This document shows, piece after piece, positions 46,258 to 51,474 of a stretch of DNA of 51,474 nt (position 1 is the first letter of the stretch; every line of letters begins with the position of its first letter). Made by a program: the position numbers and the translations under genes. The notes beneath the pieces were generated by a model, which was given only the letters and a program-made list of their open reading frames with translations, did no database searches and had not been told where the DNA came from. The DNA comes from a phage, in sequence record PZ445410.1; one strand, written 5' to 3'.

Positions 46258-46965
46258 TTTTGCGTTTGCTTCAAAGACGGCGCGAGCAAAACCGCGCGGT
46301 GTGAGGGAGCGGATCATCTTTGTGCGAGATGATTTTCCGCCAGTTTTGGCCCAACCAGGATTATCCTTGTCGTCCTCTTTCGGAAGGATTGTTGCGCGCG
46401 GAGGAATAACAAAACCGTTTCCAGTCCAAAGACATGTTTTCTTAAAGTACCGATCCCGCGCCGGAATAATATCAGGGAAGTCGGGATGCTTATCATCTTC
46501 CGGCAGATAGCCAGCATAATCGCACGGATGGAACGTATAATCAGGCTTGCGCCATAACGTTGACAGCTTGCCTACAGGATTCTCTATCATGTACGGAACA
46601 CCGAAATAATCAGCGATATGCGACGCAATTTTGCAAGTGTCGGCGGCCTCATCCTGGAAAGATGGATTCTCAAGGCGTTTTTTGGCCCAATGGCGAGATC
46701 CGCTATTTGCAAGGTCAGTGCATGGAGGGAATGCCATAATAAAATCAGGCTTACCCCAATTTTCAAGTTTTGCGGTATATTTGAATAGCTCATCAATCCA
46801 CACATTAACGTAAAAAATATTGTCGTGGATTATGCGCACTGATTGGTAGTCGCCATGATCTGCATCATCGTAATTAAAGCAAATGCACTTATATCCAGCG
46901 TCGGCCCAATCTTTAACAGCCTTTCCAGATCCATCAAACAAAGAGAAAATTAAACCTTTATACAT
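46255..46965 (-). CDS. compact C5-cytosine methyltransferase-like protein
   Basis: FDGSGK (motif I-like), FPPCTD (PC motif), MIENPVG (ENV-like) in canonical order; only 236 aa, no obvious target-recognition domain. Confidence 0.45.
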   Translation of the reverse strand: MYKGLIFSLFDGSGKAVKDWADAGYKCICFNYDDADHGDYQSVRIIHDNIFYVNVWIDELFKYTAKLENWGKPDFIMAFPPCTDLANSGSRHWAKKRLENPSFQDEAADTCKIASHIADYFGVPYMIENPVGKLSTLWRKPDYTFHPCDYAGYLPEDDKHPDFPDIIPARDRYFKKTCLWTGNGFVIPPRATILPKEDDKDNPGWAKTGGKSSRTKMIRSLTPRGFARAVFEANAK

Positions 46966-46974
46966 TTCATTACC

Positions 46975-47199
46975 TCAAAACGGAAAGCATCTAGGACAGT
47001 TCGGATCAAAATTGCAACCACAATCATTAACAATCATAGTTGGATCTGCAAATGCAGCGCCGCATTCATGGTTCATATCCATTTCACCCAACGCATCATC
47101 AAGCGTCCTGATTTTATATGCGACTTCAAGCGCTGCCTCTTTATTCAGTCCGGCATCTTCTGCTTTTTGCAGTCGCTCAAAAAAACCGTCTTGACTCAT
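46975..47199 (-). CDS. small Cys-rich protein (74 aa)
   Basis: C-terminal CGCNFDPNCPRC. Confidence 0.5.
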   Translation of the reverse strand: MSQDGFFERLQKAEDAGLNKEAALEVAYKIRTLDDALGEMDMNHECGAAFADPTMIVNDCGCNFDPNCPRCFPF

Positions 47200-47309
47200 T
47201 TAATAAACTCCTTAACAACAGCAAGAATAATCACAAGCCCAGCAGTAAAAACAAGCAAACCGACAAGGCCAATCATAACACCAAATAAAATATCAAGCGT
47301 CTTAATCAT
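47196..47309 (-). CDS. small hydrophobic peptide (37 aa), not in ORF track
   Basis: Minus-strand ATG to TGA reading MIKTLDILFGVMIGLVGLLVFTAGLVIILAVVKEFIK; 4-nt overlap with downstream gene; weak RBS. Confidence 0.3.
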   Translation of the reverse strand: MIKTLDILFGVMIGLVGLLVFTAGLVIILAVVKEFIK

Positions 47310-47356
47310 TTATTCACCATTGATAAAACGGGAGTCGGAAACCTCCCATTGATTAA

Positions 47357-47617
47357 TCATACAGCCTTCCAGCTTTCAATAAACATGCTGTTTTCTTCCA
47401 GCAGTTTAATCAATTCTTCGCGCGTATATTTGCGGATTTTACTACCTGGATGTGAGCCAACAACAAACACACCTTTACCACTCGTGATTGTTAACTGGTT
47501 GATTCCGCAAGATTTATCCATCTTAATGGCGACGCGGTGATGTGCATCAACAGTGTGCATGATGTTAGTGACTTTAGCTTTCATTATGCGATCCTCATTG
47601 TACTTAGTGTAGGACAT
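47357..47617 (-). CDS. hypothetical protein (86 aa)
   Basis: ORF. Confidence 0.5.
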   Translation of the reverse strand: MSYTKYNEDRIMKAKVTNIMHTVDAHHRVAIKMDKSCGINQLTITSGKGVFVVGSHPGSKIRKYTREELIKLLEENSMFIESWKAV

Positions 47618-47622
47618 TATAT

Positions 47623-47856
47623 TTACTTCAAATTCTCGATCTTGTTATTGCCAATTGAAGAATGAACGCAACGCTCTTGCGACTCCTTGTCGCCATGAAC
47701 ATCAATATAATAACCAGGTATGACAGTAAAAAACCAATTGCCACGCCAGAAGAAATAAAGGCCATGCTTGCTTCCTTTCGCGCATTTATTAGCATTTTTA
47801 GGTATTGGAAGTCCGTGTACTCTACGCAATTCTACATTCTTGTTAAAATTTGGCAT
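47623..47856 (-). CDS. hypothetical protein (77 aa)
   Basis: ORF. Confidence 0.5.
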   Translation of the reverse strand: MPNFNKNVELRRVHGLPIPKNANKCAKGSKHGLYFFWRGNWFFTVIPGYYIDVHGDKESQERCVHSSIGNNKIENLK

Positions 47857-48050
47857 TACACAACCTCCATAATAGTATTGAATCCACGCAGTTTGAAAGC
47901 ATTTCCATGTTTAACAACGTTCCATGTCAGGCCGGAGTGATACGCAACCATATCCTCAAGATCAATGGTGATGATAGCGCCTTTCTTAAAGATTCCTTTC
48001 TCGTGAGTAGTGTCACGCTGTACAACTTTAACATCAACTTGATTTTCCAT
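47856..48050 (-). CDS. hypothetical protein (64 aa)
   Basis: ORF downstream of promoter-like cassette. Confidence 0.5.
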   Translation of the reverse strand: MENQVDVKVVQRDTTHEKGIFKKGAIITIDLEDMVAYHSGLTWNVVKHGNAFKLRGFNTIMEVV

Positions 48051-48081
48051 TTTTAAATCCTCGTTCGTTGTCGATGCGCAT

Positions 48082-48124
48082 AATATACCAATCAGAGGCG
48101 CATCGGTTTTAACAAAAAGTGCTA
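48082..48124 (-). promoter_or_regulatory. TAGCAC-box promoter-like cassette (TATATT)
   Basis: Motif follows TAA stop of ORF 48126..; CGATGCGC..GCGCATCG inverted repeat flanks the -10-like box. Confidence 0.5.
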
Positions 48125-48125
48125 T

Positions 48126-48392
48126 TTAGTCCAGGAGTTCGATTTCGCGCTCGCCAGTTAACGGATCTTTAATCCAGAATCCAAGCGCCTCACCGTAAAT
48201 ACCGCCATAGAATCCAAGCGCCGACAGTTCCTCACCTTTAACAAATACCAGATCACCGCTACGGCTTACGTGAGACACGTTAACGATAACCGGAAATGTG
48301 CGGTTTTTAAATGCAGGCCGCAGGGCGTAACACCCGTTATTGAGAAAACGTGCTTTGCGCTTAACTGGAATAGGTGCATTGATTCGCGCCAT
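48126..48392 (-). CDS. hypothetical protein (88 aa)
   Basis: Internal ATG with AAGGAGAAATAAAG RBS; track start at 48431 is TTG. Confidence 0.5.
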   Translation of the reverse strand: MARINAPIPVKRKARFLNNGCYALRPAFKNRTFPVIVNVSHVSRSGDLVFVKGEELSALGFYGGIYGEALGFWIKDPLTGEREIELLD

Positions 48393-48405
48393 CTTTATTT
48401 CTCCT

Positions 48406-48651
48406 TCATTGTTGATCGTGTTTAACGGCAATCAGAACATCACAGGACTCGTTAATAAATTTTGCCATGCGCTTATCATCACCAACAGGGATTAGCGCAT
48501 TACACTCGCGCTTGCTACTGAATACCGTCACTTTATGAAACGATGCGAACGGCATCGACGGGAACTCGACTGTTTGCGTCAAGATCCGCAATCCCATCTT
48601 TTTGGCCCTTACCTGGGCCTCGGCAAGTTCAAAATCCACTTCATTAATCAT
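48406..48651 (-). CDS. hypothetical protein (81 aa)
   Basis: ORF. Confidence 0.5.
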   Translation of the reverse strand: MINEVDFELAEAQVRAKKMGLRILTQTVEFPSMPFASFHKVTVFSSKRECNALIPVGDDKRMAKFINESCDVLIAVKHDQQ

Positions 48652-48920
48652 TTCTTGATCTCCTCAGCAATAAATTTCAGGACTTTGCGCAAAAACACTT
48701 CATTATTGATGGTCGCTGGCAATTCCTCTTTCACTTCTTGCGGCAGGTAAACGTTGCCATGCCAGGTCAAGCAATCGTAGTTGATACGATAAGAGCAAAG
48801 CCACTCGCAATCGTTATCCGCTTCCCAAATGCAGAGTTGCAGAACATCGCCGAAGTCTTCAACAGTCAGGTCCAGACCGTGACGCTTTGCAAAGTTGAAA
48901 GTGGTTTTGCTGATGTTCAT
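48648..48920 (-). CDS. hypothetical protein (90 aa)
   Basis: First gene of leftward early operon. Confidence 0.5.
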   Translation of the reverse strand: MNISKTTFNFAKRHGLDLTVEDFGDVLQLCIWEADNDCEWLCSYRINYDCLTWHGNVYLPQEVKEELPATINNEVFLRKVLKFIAEEIKK

Positions 48921-48958
48921 TTGCTTTCTCCTGATGGGTATCTCGTTTCGATGGGATA

Positions 48959-49001
48959 ACTATACCAGGTTATCCCGATCGTGCTTTAACAAAAAGTGCT
49001 A
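48959..49001 (-). promoter_or_regulatory. TAGCAC-box promoter-like cassette (TATAGT inside GGGATAAC..GTTATCCC hairpin loop)
   Basis: Motif on minus strand at canonical spacing; first promoter of the leftward early operon. Confidence 0.5.
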
Positions 49002-49264
49002 TTTGCTGACTGGTCATTATTCCACATATTCCATTAATCAGGAATAACAGGAATAATTCATTCGCGATCACCTGGATTGTGAGACTTTGAGTTTGATCAA
49101 TTTTAATCAGTTGATTAACTTTTTGTGTGGAGGGGATAGAGAAATGCGGCCCTCTTGCATCCTTTCCGGCAATCCTGGCGCGCACATCTGTTATTTCTGT
49201 TCCCCGTGTTATCTCAAATAAGCCTCCGCACTTTTAGATAACAGAATCGGCGTTCATCAACAAA

Positions 49265-49480
49265 AAGAACAAAATAAAATTTATATATATACCCATAAAA
49301 TCAATAAGTTAGTTATATATGTATTTATATTTGTTATTTACTGTTGAGCTTGTTCTATTGGTATATGGTGGGGTGGTATTGTTTGTGGTGATATGTATGT
49401 GTGATTGTATATTTTTTAATCAATGGTGATGTGTGGTGATTTTTGTATGTATATATATGGGTATGGGGCAATCCTCCGTC
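49265..49480. repeat. AT-rich, C-depleted iteron-like element, copy B
   Basis: Shares core with copy A; three GGTGAT words; about 110 nt with almost no C on the plus strand. Confidence 0.6.
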
Positions 49481-49593
49481 AACCAAGTCAACAAGGTCAT
49501 TTTTAACAGAAAAACCAATGGCTTAACTGAAGCATTTTGTTATCTTTAAACACGCCATGCGCCAAAAATTGTTATTAAAACACAAAAATACAT

Positions 49594-49621
49594 TGACATG
49601 CAGGAAGGGCAAGGCAATAAT
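49594..49621 (+). promoter_or_regulatory. sigma70-type promoter (TTGACA, 16 nt, AATAAT)
   Basis: Consensus -35; A/T-rich upstream region. Confidence 0.5.
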
Positions 49622-49657
49622 GCATTAAGTTTAAACGCAACAAAAGGAGTAGATGCC

Positions 49658-50128
49658 ATGATCGAAGAAAATATTAGCACCATGTCGCGTAGTGAGTTCT
49701 GCGATATGCTTCGCGACCTGGGCGCGGCAATTGGTAGTGGTGAGCGTAATAATGTATTCATGCCAGCGCTTTTTTTGTGCGCTAATGTGGAGAACGGCGA
49801 AGCAATTACGGCATCGTACATGCGCCAGGTTGTCAACCGCGTACCTGAAGTAAAGCAAAAAGGCGTGATCAGCATTAAGCGAAAGGTGACTGATGAGGGT
49901 GATGGCTTTGTGTTTGCGCTCACTGAAGCCAAAAGCAAACCTCGTGTTCTGACTGGGGATGATATAGCGAAACTTGAAATCAAGTGGCGAGCAAAGTTTA
50001 TTGCTCAACTACTGAAAACACAGCCGCGAATCAGTGATCTGGAAGGTGAGCGCCTGGAGGGTGCGGCAATCGCACTTGAGCGAATGAATGAAATGCTCAA
50101 CGAGATGGTAAAGGTGGGGGATGAATAA
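49658..50128 (+). CDS. hypothetical early protein (157 aa)
   Basis: AAAAGGAG RBS before internal ATG of track ORF. Confidence 0.5.
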   Translation: MIEENISTMSRSEFCDMLRDLGAAIGSGERNNVFMPALFLCANVENGEAITASYMRQVVNRVPEVKQKGVISIKRKVTDEGDGFVFALTEAKSKPRVLTGDDIAKLEIKWRAKFIAQLLKTQPRISDLEGERLEGAAIALERMNEMLNEMVKVGDE

Positions 50129-50388
50129 TGAATAAGGCATTAATTGGAGTTTTGATTGCAATTGCTACCCTGACCGGATGCGAAAAGGCATCTGAATCAA
50201 CGGTAGTCGTAGGCGTGGAGTCAGATTTTAAAGTCGGTCGCCTGTTTACTGTTGATGGATGCACTGCGTACCGATTCTATGACAACGGTCGGGCAATCTA
50301 TTACACCAATTGTAAGGGCGCAACGGATAGCACATACCGCAGCGGCAAAAACGTAATGCACCAACAAGTCACAACAGATATGAAATAG
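50128..50388 (+). CDS. lipoprotein (86 aa), early-expressed
   Basis: Signal peptide MNKALIGVLIAIATLTGC with lipobox. Confidence 0.55.
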   Translation: MNKALIGVLIAIATLTGCEKASESTVVVGVESDFKVGRLFTVDGCTAYRFYDNGRAIYYTNCKGATDSTYRSGKNVMHQQVTTDMK

Positions 50389-50428
50389 CACTTTTTGTTA
50401 AAACGCCAGGTGCAAATCCTGGCATAAT
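50386..50428 (+). promoter_or_regulatory. TAGCAC-box promoter-like cassette (CATAAT at 50423-50428)
   Basis: TAG is the lipoprotein stop; GCCAGG..CCTGGC inverted repeat in spacer. Confidence 0.5.
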
Positions 50429-50460
50429 AGCCTCATCGAAACGAGATTGAGGAAAACAAA

Positions 50461-50646
50461 ATGGCACGTCGCATTACCAAAGACCTTAAAGTACTGAACA
50501 AAGAAAACGTAGTTAAAATCCTGGTAATCTGGGGATACAACGAAGAAACAGCAAAGCAGAAGGTAGATGCGGGTTATGACCTGGCTGTAAAAGCAATGCC
50601 AAACGACGACGCCAAAGGCATTGCAAACTATGTAGCTTTCTTTTAA
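50461..50646 (+). CDS. hypothetical protein (61 aa)
   Basis: GAGGAAAACAAA RBS. Confidence 0.5.
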   Translation: MARRITKDLKVLNKENVVKILVIWGYNEETAKQKVDAGYDLAVKAMPNDDAKGIANYVAFF

Positions 50647-50661
50647 TTAGCAGGTGAATAA

Positions 50662-50847
50662 ATGAAAACGAAATTAGTCCATAAATCAGAAATCAAGATC
50701 GGCGATACTGTGATTCACAACGGAGAGCTTAGAACGGTTGGCAAAGAGTCAATAAGCCGCGATGAATTTATGGGGATCTTGTTGTTCGGTGACTCTTATC
50801 GGCTGGGTTATAAAATGGTTGAGCTTGTGGAAGAGGTAAAATTCTAA
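50662..50847 (+). CDS. hypothetical protein (61 aa)
   Basis: ORF. Confidence 0.5.
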   Translation: MKTKLVHKSEIKIGDTVIHNGELRTVGKESISRDEFMGILLFGDSYRLGYKMVELVEEVKF

Positions 50848-50848
50848 A

Positions 50849-50891
50849 TAGCACTTTTTGTTAAAACTCAAAAACGATAACCAGGCATAAT
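50849..50891 (+). promoter_or_regulatory. TAGCAC-box promoter-like cassette (CATAAT at 50886-50891)
   Basis: Motif directly after TAA stop. Confidence 0.5.
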
Positions 50892-50945
50892 ACACACATA
50901 GGGCGGCACGGCGTCGCCCAGTTAAACCAATCAGGAGAAAGCACT

Positions 50946-51474
50946 ATGTTAAAACTTGCTAACATTAAATTCCCGATCACCTTCGAATCTCGCGGCGTTG
51001 GTCACTTCATGTTTTCCGACAAAAATACATGCACTAAGTTTAACGAATACGGAAAGCCTGATGTTTCAACAATGGAGATTGAGCACCTCATTGATGCGCA
51101 CAATAAGCACTACAACTCGCTTAAAGACTATGGCTACGCAATGCCAGGCTATACATGTTTTCACTACAAGCCATATAAGGGCCAGGTGTTACCAGTGCGC
51201 TCACCGGAACGCGCAGAGATTCCGATGGTCGAGATGAAAACCTGCGACTATAAAAAATTGTGGTGCTTAAGAGTGGATAACATCAAGTATCCGATCACGT
51301 TCTACACGGCTGGTAATTCAACGATTCGCTTCACATCGCGCGAAAATGGCGTTTATAGCGATGGTACGAAATCAGAGTTGAAAGTTGATTTCTTTGTCAA
51401 TGGTCACAACAAATTCAATCCGCACAACGAAGAGGATAAGGTTTACTACGTGGAAGACATTACAAAACACTTGT
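50946..51474 (+). CDS. hypothetical protein with internally duplicated domain, 3' end beyond window (possibly continuing at 1..362)
   Basis: AGGAGAAAG RBS then ATG at 50946; frame open to last base; two similar segments (IKFPITFESRG... / IKYPITFYTAG...). Confidence 0.5.
   Translation, partial: MLKLANIKFPITFESRGVGHFMFSDKNTCTKFNEYGKPDVSTMEIEHLIDAHNKHYNSLKDYGYAMPGYTCFHYKPYKGQVLPVRSPERAEIPMVEMKTCDYKKLWCLRVDNIKYPITFYTAGNSTIRFTSRENGVYSDGTKSELKVDFFVNGHNKFNPHNEEDKVYYVEDITKHL

Noticed and set aside
48970-49185. Track ORFs in the switch regions (48970..49185 minus; 26781..27170 plus)
   Set aside because: They span promoter and low-complexity non-coding sequence with no RBS and implausible translations.
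50956-51237. 93-aa track ORF near the window end
   Set aside because: It lies in a different frame inside the longer ORF starting at 50946, which has a good RBS and is open to the window end.
1-51474. Temperate-phage or prophage features (integrase, repressor, attachment site)
   Set aside because: No tyrosine/serine recombinase-like ORF and no CI-like repressor/antirepressor pair were found; the gene set fits a virulent T1-like phage.

Overview
This window looks like a complete or near-complete, circularly permuted genome (~51.5 kb) of a virulent T1-like siphovirus of enterobacteria; no integrase or repressor was found. All calls rest on reading the sequence and ORF track by eye (motifs, gene order, RBS/start context); no database search or alignment was run. 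Layout: (1) 1-5330, plus-strand small early genes, including a stand-alone T4 Pnk-like 3'-phosphatase and a P-loop kinase; (2) 5477-25787, late operon (small and large terminase, portal, head proteins, major capsid, neck, major tail, G/GT chaperone with -1 frameshift, tape measure, lambda-like M-L-K-I-J tail tip) with many intrinsic terminators; (3) 25822-26982, minus-strand Cor/Llp-like lipoprotein plus a frameshift-split gene; (4) 27000-27480, AT-rich C-depleted iteron-like switch region; (5) 27484-30107, RecB-family exonuclease, Erf-like annealing protein, SSB; (6) 30122-36577, minus-strand accessory block (glycine-zipper protein operon, side tail fibre with a separate S74-chaperone-domain protein, primase, HTH protein); (7) 36667-43102, SF2 helicase, VRR-NUC, Dam methylase, HTH-metallophosphoesterase, then pinholin / SAR endolysin / unimolecular spanin; (8) 43116-48920, minus-strand early genes including a P-loop ATPase and a compact C5-methyltransferase-like protein; (9) 48960-49660, second copy of the iteron-like switch region; (10) 49658-end, plus-strand early genes that appear to continue in frame across the window ends. 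The most striking non-coding signal is a 19-nt element TAGCAC-N5-TTGTTAAAAC, at least 16 gene-co-oriented copies, each about 18 nt upstream of a TATAAT-like box and often sharing its TAG with the upstream stop codon. Leading candidates for undescribed biology are this promoter-like family, the duplicated iteron-like elements, the glycine-zipper operon, the mini S74 protein and the compact C5-methyltransferase-like protein.
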